DNA of 64,000 nucleotides from Candidatus Aminicenantes bacterium UBA6072 (GCA_002436105.1 DIXU01000017.1:26015-90014); one strand, 5' to 3'; shown: positions 28,886 through 37,520, counted from the stretch's first letter. Translations and numbers: made by a program. The notes: generated by a model from the letters alone, not told the origin.

Positions 28886-29691
28886 GTTCTCCCCATCAGG
28901 ATGATCTTGTTTCGCCGCGCCCGCTCGGCCAGCGAGGCGGGATCGAGCAGAAGCGTCCTGCCTGCTTCCAGCACGAACGCCGCCGCTCGGGCCGCTGCCA
29001 GCACGTCCAGGGTGCGCGGGCCCGCCACCGGCAGGTCGAAGCGCATGTCCTGGCCCGGTCGGCTGACCTTGGCCACGACCAGCCCGGGGCCGGCGATGGC
29101 CGCGGCCCGCTCGATGGCGCGGTCGGTTCCCTCCATGGCCTCCACGGCCACGACGGCCCTGTCCTTGACGCACACCGTCTGGCCGATATCCAGGCTGGCG
29201 AGGCCCCAGGCCTTCTGCCAGGCGAAATCGATGTCGCCGCGCAGGGCCCTGGTCAGCCGCAGGCGCGGGGTGTAGTTCCTGGCCGCCACCAGGTGCTCCT
29301 TGAGAAAGAAGGAAGAGTCGATGATCTCGATGCCTTCGCCGGCCAGGAAGTCGGCCAGCGCGGCCAGCAGCGACGTGGTGGTGCGGTCGCGGACGCCGGC
29401 CAGAAAACGCAGGAACTTGGCGTCGGCCGCCATGGCCGAGAAGACCGACGCGTGAGGGACGCGGCCGATCATCAGCGCCCGCTTCACGCCGCGGCTCCTG
29501 AAAAAGCGGATGAGCCCACCCAGGCGGCCGAGAGGGAACTCGGCCCATTCGTCGGCTTCAGCGGCCAGGTCGGGGGCGGCGGCGCCGCGGACGGAGGCGA
29601 CCACGGTATGCCAGCCCAGGCGCCGCGCCGCCCGGCAGGTCAGCAGCGGCAGGGGCGGCTCGCCGGCGATGATGCCGATCGTCTCAGCCAT
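28882..29691 (-). CDS. lpxI: UDP-2,3-diacylglucosamine hydrolase LpxI-like (DUF1009)
   Basis: 269 aa with an LpxI-like N-terminal domain. Position directly after lpxA. 8-nt overlap with the lpxA stop. Confidence 0.6.
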   Translation of the reverse strand: MAETIGIIAGEPPLPLLTCRAARRLGWHTVVASVRGAAAPDLAAEADEWAEFPLGRLGGLIRFFRSRGVKRALMIGRVPHASVFSAMAADAKFLRFLAGVRDRTTTSLLAALADFLAGEGIEIIDSSFFLKEHLVAARNYTPRLRLTRALRGDIDFAWQKAWGLASLDIGQTVCVKDRAVVAVEAMEGTDRAIERAAAIAGPGLVVAKVSRPGQDMRFDLPVAGPRTLDVLAAARAAAFVLEAGRTLLLDPASLAERARRNKIILMGRT

Positions 29692-30490
29692 CGGAGCGGA
29701 AATTCTTCAGGATGCCTCGCTTGGTTTTGCTGATGAATTCGGTGATCACCCGGGCTTCCTCGCTGTTGGCGTGCTGCTCGCCGATCCGGTGGACGGCCTG
29801 GGTGGTGTTCAGGTCGGAGTGGTAGAGGATGCGGTAGATGTCCTTGACGTTCTCGATGAAATCGCGGCTGAGCCCGTTGCGCATCATGCCGATGGCATTG
29901 GGACCGTACAGGCTGAACGATTCGCGGCTCTGGGCCACCTTGGCGAACGGCAGGACATCCTGGCAGACCACGCTGTAGCCGCCGATGTAGGCGTTGCGGC
30001 CGATGCGCACGAACTGGTGCACGGCGCAGAAGGCGCTGAGCACGACATAGTCGCCGATCTCGACATGGCCGGCCAGGGTGGCGCCGTTGCTGAGGATGAC
30101 GTGGCTGCCGAGCTGGCAGTCGTGGGCGACATGAGCGTAAGCCATGAGATAGTTGTCGTCGCCCAGGCGCGTGTGGCCCCCTCCCTTCGGCGTGCCGCGG
30201 TTGATGGTGGTGAACTCGCGGATGATGTTGCGGTCGCCGATGTGCACGAAGGTCTCCTCGCCCTTGAAGGTGATGTCCTGGGGGTCGGTCCCCAGCGAGG
30301 AAAAGGGGAAGATATGGCATTCGCGCCCGATGACGGTGTTGCGGTCGATGGTGGCATGGTGCTTGACCAGCGTGCGGTCGCCGATGCGCACGCCGGGCCC
30401 GATGACCGAATAGGCGTCGACCTGGACTTCCCGGCCGAGCTCGGCCTTGGCGCTGATGACGGCGGTGGGATGGATCAGCTTCTGGCTCAC
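29684..30490 (-). CDS. lpxA: UDP-N-acetylglucosamine O-acyltransferase LpxA
   Basis: 268 aa. Hexapeptide-repeat left-handed beta-helix. N-terminus [13 protein letters not shown]…. Confidence 0.85.
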   Translation of the reverse strand: MSQKLIHPTAVISAKAELGREVQVDAYSVIGPGVRIGDRTLVKHHATIDRNTVIGRECHIFPFSSLGTDPQDITFKGEETFVHIGDRNIIREFTTINRGTPKGGGHTRLGDDNYLMAYAHVAHDCQLGSHVILSNGATLAGHVEIGDYVVLSAFCAVHQFVRIGRNAYIGGYSVVCQDVLPFAKVAQSRESFSLYGPNAIGMMRNGLSRDFIENVKDIYRILYHSDLNTTQAVHRIGEQHANSEEARVITEFISKTKRGILKNFRSDG

Positions 30491-30921
30491 TGGGTCACCA
30501 TGCAGCTCATGGTCGCTTCGACCGCCAGCTGACCGTCCACCGAGGCCTTGCCCTCGATGACGGCGAACTTGCCCCGGTCGCGGACCACCAGCACCTCGAG
30601 GTCCAGCCGGTCTCCCGGCACGACGGGCCTCTTGAAGCGGGCTTTCTCGATGCCGGCAAAATAGGCATACACCTTCTGGCCGATGAAGCGCTGCATCAAC
30701 AGCACCGCCCCCAGCTGGGCCATGGCCTCGATGATCAGCACACCCGGCATGACCGGGTTGCCGGGAAAATGGCCCTGGAAAAAATCCTCGTTGCCGGTGA
30801 CGTTCTTGTAGCCCTGGATGGTCTTGCTCCCGTCGCAGGCGGTCACGCGGTCGACCAGCAGGAAGGGATAGCGATGGGGCAGGATCCGCTTGATGCCCTC
30901 GATATCCAGGGGCAGGTTCAT
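30487..30921 (-). CDS. fabZ: 3-hydroxyacyl-ACP dehydratase FabZ
   Basis: 144 aa. Hotdog-fold motif [19 protein letters not shown]. Confidence 0.9.
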   Translation of the reverse strand: MNLPLDIEGIKRILPHRYPFLLVDRVTACDGSKTIQGYKNVTGNEDFFQGHFPGNPVMPGVLIIEAMAQLGAVLLMQRFIGQKVYAYFAGIEKARFKRPVVPGDRLDLEVLVVRDRGKFAVIEGKASVDGQLAVEATMSCMVTQ

Positions 30922-31436
30922 TTCTTGGCGGCGGCGGTGGACTGGGCGTCGTAGGACTTGACCACCTTCTCGGTAAGGTCGATGGCGGGATCGAAGAAGG
31001 TAACGCCGGCCGTGTTCAGGTCGAGGACCAGGGAGAAGCCGTTCTCCTGGGCGACCTTCTCGATGATCGGCATCAGGTCTTTCTGGATCGCCTCGAATTC
31101 CTTCTGCTGGGCGGCCATGCTTTCCTTCTGGGCGTCCTCGGCGAAGCGCTTGATCTCGGTGCGCTTGTTGGCCAGGTCCTGGGTCTTGCGGTCGCGGGCC
31201 TCGGCGTTCAGCGCCGGGGAGAGGACTTCCTTCTCCAGGGCCTCGATCGCCTTCTGCAGCGACTCGTACTTCTTCTGCTTGGCGATGGTCAGCGCCTGCA
31301 GGCGGCCGATGGCTTCCTTGCCCTTGACCGAGTTCTGCAGGACGACCTGGGGATTGATGATGCCGATCTTGAATTCGGCGAAGGCGAACGCGCTCAGGGC
31401 CACCAGGGCCGCGATCAACAACAGGTGTTTTTTCAT
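30918..31436 (-). CDS. skp: periplasmic chaperone Skp (OmpH)
   Basis: 172 aa. Signal peptide. Lys/Glu/Gln-rich coiled-coil body. Sits between bamA and fabZ. Confidence 0.8.
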   Translation of the reverse strand: MKKHLLLIAALVALSAFAFAEFKIGIINPQVVLQNSVKGKEAIGRLQALTIAKQKKYESLQKAIEALEKEVLSPALNAEARDRKTQDLANKRTEIKRFAEDAQKESMAAQQKEFEAIQKDLMPIIEKVAQENGFSLVLDLNTAGVTFFDPAIDLTEKVVKSYDAQSTAAAKK

Positions 31437-31457
31437 GTTCTTCTCCTTATTGAAAAC

Positions 31458-33773
31458 TTAATAGAATGACGGACCGACGGCGAACTTGAAGACGAAGTGC
31501 GAATCGCCGACATCCAGCAGGCGCGGGTTGTAGGCGAAGATCAGGCGGAAGGGGACGTTGAGCATGGGCACGAAGACCTTCAGCTCCAGGCCGGTCGAGG
31601 TGTAGACGTCCTTCAGCCGGATCGGCGTACCGGAGTCGTAGGAGTTGCCCATGTCGTAGAAAAAGACGAAGGAGAACTGCTGGGTCAGGGGGATGGCGTA
31701 TTCCAGGTTGAAGAGGAACGACTTGGTCCCGCCCAGGACATTGCCGCTCTTGTCGCGCGGCCCGATGGTGTAGATGTCAAAGCCGCGCAGCGAGCGCTCG
31801 CCGCCCAGGAAATACTTCTCGTAGAAGGGGACCCGGCGGTTGGCGAACGGCGCCAGCCCCTCGTAGGCCAGGTGCAGGCCCAGCACGTGCCGCTTCCACA
31901 GGGGCTGGAAGCGGACGAACTCCAGCTTCAGCTTGTGCAGGTAGATGTCCCCGCCCAGGAAGCCGCCGGAATAGCGGTAGGTGGCCAGGACCTTGCTTCC
32001 CTGGGAGGGGAAGATCGGCGAGTCCACGGTGGAATAGTACAGGGTGGGCGAAAGGGCCGAGACGCGCCGCTTGCCCGCGCTGTAATAGTACATGTAATAG
32101 GAGCTGATGTACTGGTAGCTCTCGTTGACGTCGCTGATCTCGATGTCCTCCATGCTGTACACCAGCTGGCTGCCCCAGTAGGTCCAGAAGCGGGCCGAGC
32201 TGGAGAGGTTGAAGCCCTGCCCCTTGCGCGTGTACATGTAGGGATACTCGTAAGTGGTCTTGAAGACGTCGATGCCGAAATTGGCCGGCAGGTTGAACAG
32301 GTAGGGCTCGGTGAAGGCGAACTGGTAGTTCTTGGCGCGCGTGCCCTGCTGCAGGTTGAGGGTGAAGGCCTCGCCCATGCCCAGGAAGTTCTGGGTGGAA
32401 TAGCCGGCGGCGATGAACCAGCCCTCGTAGCCGCTGTAGCCCACGTTGAAGTTGATCATCTGCCGGTTCATCTCCTTGACCTCGGCGATGACGTTGATCT
32501 TCTGGGGGTCCTGGGGGTCGGCCTTGATCTCGGGCATCTTCTCCACGGTAACCAGGCCCAGCTGCTTCATGCGCTTGATCGAGTCCTCCAGGGCGTTGAT
32601 GTTCAGGCGCTTGCCCTCGCGCAGGAACCACTCGCGGCGGATGACATGGTCCTTGGTGAAGGTGTTGCCGACGAACTCGAGCTTGCCCAGGTAGACGACC
32701 TCGTTCTCCTGGATGTGGATGGTCAGGTCGGCGACGCGCCGTTCCGGGTCCAGGTTCTCGCTGGGCACGACCTGGGCGTAGAAGTAGCCGATGCCGCCGT
32801 AGAACTTCTGCATGTTCTCGATGAACTTGTTGCGCTTCTTGATGTTGTACACCTGGCCCTTCTTGAAGCCGACCAGGCTCTTGAGGAAGTCGGTGCGGAT
32901 GACCTTGTTGCCTTCGACGGCGATCTCGCCCACGCGGTAGCGCGGGCCGAGCTCCACCGGGATGCTGAGCCGCAGCATGTCCTGCCGGTGCCCGAGGATC
33001 GTTTTCCGCTCCATGGTGGCGAACTCCGGCGTGCCGACCTTGGCCTCCAGGTAGCCTTTCTGCTGCAGGCGCAGGCGGACCTCCTCGAGGTCTTCCTCGA
33101 TCTTCTCGCGGTTGTAGACGTCCTTGCCGGCGACGGCCGAGAGGATGGCGTGCACCTGGTTGCTCTTCAGGCCGCGGCGCAGGAAAGCCGGCGAGACCGA
33201 GCCGGGGGTGAGGCCGGGGAAAACCACCTTGGCGATGCGCGTCTTGTAGCCCGCGTCGGCGCGCACGGTCAGGGCGATCTGCCCGTTCTCCTCCTTCTTC
33301 TCGTCGATGGTCACGTCGGCCTGGTTGTAGCCCTTCTCCAGGAGCATGTCGGTGACGAGCTTCTTCACCTTGCGCACCTTGGACGGGCTGTAGTAAGAGA
33401 AGGGCTGCAGCAGGATGTTGCTGCCCTGCAGCTTCTCGTTGATGTCGCTCTCCTTGACCTTCTTGCTCAGCTTGTAGGTGACCGAGGAGATCAGCGGGTT
33501 CTCGGCCAGCACCAGGCGCACGATCTTGCCGGCGGCGCCGTTCTCCTCCTCGATGCGGATGTTCTCGAAGAAGCCGGTGGCCCAGAGCGACTGGAAATCC
33601 TCCTTCAGCTTCTGCGGGTCATAGACGCCGCCCTCGCGTGATTTCATGTAGAACTGGATGGTTTCGCGCGAGACCTTGCGATTGCCTTCGACCTGGATCT
33701 TTTCGATGACATCGGCGCACAGCCATTGGGCGCCGAGCAGCATCAGGACCAGCCACGGCATTTTTTTCAGCAT
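31458..33773 (-). CDS. bamA: outer membrane protein assembly factor BamA
   Basis: 771 aa. Signal peptide, five POTRA-like repeats, C-terminal 16-strand barrel ending …GPSFY/F. Confidence 0.9.
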   Translation of the reverse strand: MLKKMPWLVLMLLGAQWLCADVIEKIQVEGNRKVSRETIQFYMKSREGGVYDPQKLKEDFQSLWATGFFENIRIEEENGAAGKIVRLVLAENPLISSVTYKLSKKVKESDINEKLQGSNILLQPFSYYSPSKVRKVKKLVTDMLLEKGYNQADVTIDEKKEENGQIALTVRADAGYKTRIAKVVFPGLTPGSVSPAFLRRGLKSNQVHAILSAVAGKDVYNREKIEEDLEEVRLRLQQKGYLEAKVGTPEFATMERKTILGHRQDMLRLSIPVELGPRYRVGEIAVEGNKVIRTDFLKSLVGFKKGQVYNIKKRNKFIENMQKFYGGIGYFYAQVVPSENLDPERRVADLTIHIQENEVVYLGKLEFVGNTFTKDHVIRREWFLREGKRLNINALEDSIKRMKQLGLVTVEKMPEIKADPQDPQKINVIAEVKEMNRQMINFNVGYSGYEGWFIAAGYSTQNFLGMGEAFTLNLQQGTRAKNYQFAFTEPYLFNLPANFGIDVFKTTYEYPYMYTRKGQGFNLSSSARFWTYWGSQLVYSMEDIEISDVNESYQYISSYYMYYYSAGKRRVSALSPTLYYSTVDSPIFPSQGSKVLATYRYSGGFLGGDIYLHKLKLEFVRFQPLWKRHVLGLHLAYEGLAPFANRRVPFYEKYFLGGERSLRGFDIYTIGPRDKSGNVLGGTKSFLFNLEYAIPLTQQFSFVFFYDMGNSYDSGTPIRLKDVYTSTGLELKVFVPMLNVPFRLIFAYNPRLLDVGDSHFVFKFAVGPSFY

Positions 33774-33795
33774 GAAAACCTCGCAAAATTCGAGT

Positions 33796-33824
33796 TGAAT
33801 GGTATTTTATAGCACAAAACGCCA
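33796..33824 (-). promoter_or_regulatory. sigma70-like promoter of bamA (TTGTAA-17-TGcTATAAA, read on minus strand)
   Basis: -35/-10 hexamers with 17-nt spacer and TG-extended -10, ~35 nt upstream of the bamA ATG. Shares TTGTGCTATAAAA with the divergent fmdB promoter. Confidence 0.4.
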
Positions 33825-33891
33825 TAAATTACAATTCTCATATAAAGGATAAGACGTACGGGATGCATGAGAAAGTTTCAGCGTTTTTTTA

Positions 33892-33920
33892 TTGACAGCC
33901 GGAATCGATTGTGCTATAAA
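33892..33920 (+). promoter_or_regulatory. sigma70-like promoter of the fmdB-like gene (TTGACA-17-TGcTATAAA)
   Basis: Consensus -35 TTGACA (33892-33897), 17-nt spacer, extended -10 TGCTATAAA (ending 33920), ~30 nt before ATG 33951 with GGAGGAAG RBS. Confidence 0.5.
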
Positions 33921-33950
33921 AAAAATATCCATCACGCGGAGGAAGTGGCC

Positions 33951-34196
33951 ATGCCGATCTACGAATACAAATGCTCGAAATGCGGCAGAGTTTTCGAGTG
34001 TTTGCAGTCCGTTTCGGCCTCGCCGCGCCGCAAGTGCATCCACTGCCGGGGCCAGGCCGAAAAGATCGTTTCCCAGAGCTCGTTCCAGTTCAAGGGCTCG
34101 GGCTGGTACATCACCGATTACAAGAAGAAGGGCGCCCAGAGCGCCGCCCCGGCCAAGCCCGCGGAAAAAACCGATAAAAATGCCAAAGCCAGTTAG
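33951..34196 (+). CDS. FmdB-family zinc-ribbon protein
   Basis: MPIYEYKCSKCG…CIHCRG: two CxxC pairs on the typical FmdB N-terminus. The ORF-track start at 33867 lies upstream of the promoter, so 33951 is preferred. Confidence 0.7.
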   Translation: MPIYEYKCSKCGRVFECLQSVSASPRRKCIHCRGQAEKIVSQSSFQFKGSGWYITDYKKKGAQSAAPAKPAEKTDKNAKAS

Positions 34197-34656
34197 CCTT
34201 TCCATCTCTCCCCCCTTAATATAACCATAACCCCCACCCTACAAAAACACCCCCCCCGCTACATGGGGGGGGCCCGCCTTTTGTCATTGCCAGCAGATGG
34301 AATCGGTTTACGGTAGACGGTTTACGGTAGACGGGAAGAGAAGAGGCAATAGGAAGACTAAAATCCCAAATCACAAATTCCAAATCCCAAATAAATTCCA
34401 AACTCCAAATTCCAATTTCCAAAACGAAAACCAAGGCAAGTGTCAGTGACGGTGTCAGTAGGAGCCTTGGAATACGTTCTTGCTCTTTCGTTTCAACGTT
34501 TTAACGCTGCAACACTTCAACGATTTATGTTCCATTGACCCTTCAATTCATCACCGAGTTCGGGATCTTCGTTTGGGTCATTTGGTAATTGAAATTTGGT
34601 GCTTGTTTGGGATTTGGAATTTGGTGCTTGGAATTTAATTCTTCACATGTCACGCG
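34197..34656. repeat. repeat island E: composite with internal long inverted repeat
   Basis: Left part (34298-34462) is the reverse complement of island A 17421-17585 at roughly 80-85% by eye. Right part carries ATTTGGN arrays that are the inverse of the left AAATNCCA arrays. CGTCACG heptamers at 34650-34680. Confidence 0.8.
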
Positions 34657-35160
34657 TCACGCGTTACGCGTCACGACAGATCCTCCCTTTGCTGCCGCTG
34701 ACCGCAAACAGCCGGGCTCGTCTCCTGTCTTTTCCAGGATAATGGTCACCGGCCCGTCATTGACCGAGCGCACCTGCATCATGGCGCCGAATTCCCCTGC
34801 CGCGACCGGGACGACGTCCCGCAGCAGCGAGTTGAAGCGCTCATAGAGCTCCCGGGCGCGGCCGGGCTCCTCGGCATGGGTGAAGTCTGGACGCCTCCCC
34901 TTCCTGTTGCGCGCTGCCAGGGTGAACTGCGAGACCGAGAGTACGCCGCCTCGCACCTGCCGGACATCGAGGTTCATCCTCCCCGCTTCGTCGGCGAAGA
35001 CGCGCAGGTGCAGGACCTTGTCGGCCATGAAGGCGATCTCCCCCTCGCCGTCGCCCTTTTCAATGCCCACCAGCAGGAGCAATCCCCGGCCGATGCGGGC
35101 GATCTCGCGCCCCACGACGTCGACGCCGGCCTCCGCGACCCGCTGGATCACTACGCGCAT
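34657..35160 (-). CDS. dtd: D-aminoacyl-tRNA deacylase Dtd
   Basis: MRVVIQRV… start, SQFTLAA motif and MQVxxVNDGPVT. The C-terminus runs ~20 aa into the repeat island. Confidence 0.8.
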   Translation of the reverse strand: MRVVIQRVAEAGVDVVGREIARIGRGLLLLVGIEKGDGEGEIAFMADKVLHLRVFADEAGRMNLDVRQVRGGVLSVSQFTLAARNRKGRRPDFTHAEEPGRARELYERFNSLLRDVVPVAAGEFGAMMQVRSVNDGPVTIILEKTGDEPGCLRSAAAKGGSVVTRNA

Positions 35161-35164
35161 GGCT

Positions 35165-36004
35165 TCACCAGGGGCTGCCAAGCGGAGGCAGTTCCCTCTT
35201 CTCGCCGCCCGGGGCGGGAAGCGGATCGACTTTTCGCAGCAGCAGGGGGGAATCAAGGTCGATCCGCAGTCCCTCGCCTTCCCCTTCTTCCCGGGGCAGA
35301 AGGGCGGGGTTGCGCACCCAGCCGGAGCTTCGGCAGACCAGCCAGGCCCGGGAGTGGGCAAGATCCGGCTCCAGGTGCAGGCGGACGATCTCCAGCCGGC
35401 TCTCCTCCCACGAGACATGATTGATGAACCCCAGCAATGCCGGCAGCGGCGCCATGGCGACGACGCAAGCGGAACGGTTCGCGGGCAGGCCAGGCAGCGA
35501 CGGCTGACCGGTGAGCAGGCCACGCCAGTAATAACGTTTCGGGTCATGGGCCCGTGAAAAACCCTCCTGGATGGCGACGTACTGACTGCCGATCCAGCCG
35601 CCGAGGGGATCTCCCCGTCCCGGCCCGGCGCTTCCCAGCTCGGGCGCATGGATCTTGTTGCCGGACAGGAACCGGGCATGGGGGATGGCATCCAGCAGGA
35701 CCCGTTGCTGCAGGCTGGTCAGGGCCACCGCCCGCCAGCCGGCGTCATCGTCCAGCAGCGGCAGCGCCTGCCGGGTCCGGGATTCCATTTGCGCCAGGCG
35801 CTCCTCTTCTACCGCGTCGGGAAATTCGAGGTCAGCGGCCATGGCGCCGTGGTCCCTGATCTTGCGTTCCCAGTCGCCGCGCTCGCGGCGCAGGCGGCCC
35901 AGGTCCCTGACGGTCGGGTACCAATCCAGGACGACGAAGGCAGCTGCGACGGAAAGCGCCGCCAGGGCGCGAAACAGGGAGCCAGCCAGCTTCCCCCAGC
36001 TCAT
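35165..36004 (-). CDS. hypothetical membrane-anchored protein (N-terminal TM plus periplasmic domain; PilO/GspM-like topology)
   Basis: Single N-terminal TM (LFRALAALSVAAAFVVL) followed by a coiled-coil segment. ATGA overlap with the upstream gene. No family recognised. Confidence 0.4.
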   Translation of the reverse strand: MSWGKLAGSLFRALAALSVAAAFVVLDWYPTVRDLGRLRRERGDWERKIRDHGAMAADLEFPDAVEEERLAQMESRTRQALPLLDDDAGWRAVALTSLQQRVLLDAIPHARFLSGNKIHAPELGSAGPGRGDPLGGWIGSQYVAIQEGFSRAHDPKRYYWRGLLTGQPSLPGLPANRSACVVAMAPLPALLGFINHVSWEESRLEIVRLHLEPDLAHSRAWLVCRSSGWVRNPALLPREEGEGEGLRIDLDSPLLLRKVDPLPAPGGEKRELPPLGSPW

Positions 36005-36510
36005 GGCTGCAACTCCACCCGGCCGCGGACAACGAAGAGACGCGATTCGCTCCCGGGGGCAGGCGCCGGCGATGACGTGACATCGAAAGCCGCGGTCGCA
36101 TCCGCCAGCCGCCCCAGGAAAGCGTCGAGCTCGCGCCGGGCGACGGCATCCGCGCCGACCGCCAGCTCGAAGTTCATGTCGTGCAGCCCGGGATCGATGC
36201 GGACGGAGACCAGCCGCAGGGGTGCCGCGATGCCGTCCAGGCGGCGGACGAGATCGGCGGCGGCGTAGGAGGCGTCCATGGGATAGCCGAGGAAATAGCG
36301 GAGCTGGTAGAAGCGGGCGCGCCGGGCCTTGGTCGCGGCGATCGGTTGCTCGCGCACCAGCGCGAGGTAGCTCCGCTTCATCTCCGCGGCCTCCCTGGCG
36401 CGGCTGAACCGGACCGCGTGCAGCAGCAGGGAGATGACGGCCAGGAGCAGAAACAGGAGCAGCGGCCGGCGCCGAGGCCGGCGCAGCGGGCGATCGTCTG
36501 GCTCGTTCAT
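36001..36510 (-). CDS. hypothetical membrane-anchored protein (PilN/GspL-like topology)
   Basis: Arg-rich N-terminus, one TM (LLLFLLLAVISLLL), periplasmic ~110 aa. Coupled to the downstream gene. Confidence 0.4.
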   Translation of the reverse strand: MNEPDDRPLRRPRRRPLLLFLLLAVISLLLHAVRFSRAREAAEMKRSYLALVREQPIAATKARRARFYQLRYFLGYPMDASYAAADLVRRLDGIAAPLRLVSVRIDPGLHDMNFELAVGADAVARRELDAFLGRLADATAAFDVTSSPAPAPGSESRLFVVRGRVELQP

Positions 36511-36519
36511 GGCCGGGGC

Positions 36520-36924
36520 TCAGCCGCCGATGAACTTCAGGAAGACCCGCCGCTGGCGCGGGCCGTCGAACTCGCAGAAAAAGATCCCCTGCCAGGAGCC
36601 GAGGATCGGTTCGCCGTTGTTCACCAGCAGGGTCTCGGAGGCGCCCACCAGGCTGGACATGATGTGCGCCGGCGAGTTGCCCTCGCCGTGCCGGAAATAA
36701 TCCTGCTGGGGCGCCAGGCGCCTGAGGAACTCGCCGATGTCATGGGGCACGGCCGGGTCGGCGTTTTCGTTGATGGTCACGGCGGCGGTGGTATGCGGCG
36801 TGTAGACCAGCAGGATGCCCGAGCTGTACTTGCCGCTGCGCAGCATCTCGCGCACCGGGACGGTGATGTCGATGAATTCGATCTTTTTCGTGCTCTTCAG
36901 CTCGATGGCATGGTAGGCGCTCAT
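36520..36924 (-). CDS. yjbQ: YjbQ/UPF0047 family (secondary thiamine-phosphate synthase-like)
   Basis: ITVPVREML…LVYTPHTTAAVTINENADPAV…SPAHIMSSL…GSWQGIFFCEFDG: motifs conserved along the whole length. Confidence 0.75.
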   Translation of the reverse strand: MSAYHAIELKSTKKIEFIDITVPVREMLRSGKYSSGILLVYTPHTTAAVTINENADPAVPHDIGEFLRRLAPQQDYFRHGEGNSPAHIMSSLVGASETLLVNNGEPILGSWQGIFFCEFDGPRQRRVFLKFIGG

Positions 36925-37520
36925 GCTTCCTCCGCGTGCTCCCTTTCAGCAAAAACTTCCGCCTGGAACGTCTCGATGCCCACTCCCCTTTTCCACTCGT
37001 CGGCGGCCAGCCCCGCCTTGCGGCAACCGCAGGAAATGTACTGCTCCAGGTCCCAGCGCTGCTCGAGCGGCACCTGGGGCAGCAGCAGGCCGCGATTCAG
37101 CCCCTTGCTGACGATGATGCCGTCTATGCCCACCCGCACGTCCCCCGGGCCGGGCACGGGCCGCGGAACGGTCAGGACCGAGATCTCGATATCGAGCCCG
37201 GGCAGTTCATCGCCGGAGACGGCGGGAAAGCGCGGGTCCTCGAAAGCGGCGGCCAGGGCCATCTCCCGCACGGCCTCCCAGAGCGGCTTGACGGGCAGCG
37301 GGTAGCCGATGCAGCCGCGCAGCTCGCCGTCGCGGTGCAGGGTGACGAAGACGCCGCGTCTCTCCAGGAATACCGGCGCCGGGGCAGGCGGGCCGTCAGG
37401 CCGCCGTCCCCTTGGAGGGACGGGTTCGCCGCCGCGCTCTCCCGAGGCCAGGTACCTGCGGATGGTCTCCCGGGCAAGCGCCAGGAGCGCTTTCCGTTCC
37501 GCTCCGCTCAATTCCGCCAT
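36921..37520 (-). CDS. AMMECR1-domain protein
   Basis: RGCIGY motif and AMMECR1-like length (199 aa). ATGA overlap with yjbQ. Confidence 0.8.
   Translation of the reverse strand: MAELSGAERKALLALARETIRRYLASGERGGEPVPPRGRRPDGPPAPAPVFLERRGVFVTLHRDGELRGCIGYPLPVKPLWEAVREMALAAAFEDPRFPAVSGDELPGLDIEISVLTVPRPVPGPGDVRVGIDGIIVSKGLNRGLLLPQVPLEQRWDLEQYISCGCRKAGLAADEWKRGVGIETFQAEVFAEREHAEEA

Noticed and set aside
33807-34205. 132-aa minus-strand ORF overlapping the FmdB zinc-ribbon gene
   Set aside because: It overlaps a gene that has a consensus promoter, RBS and conserved CxxC motifs. Its own product is low-complexity.
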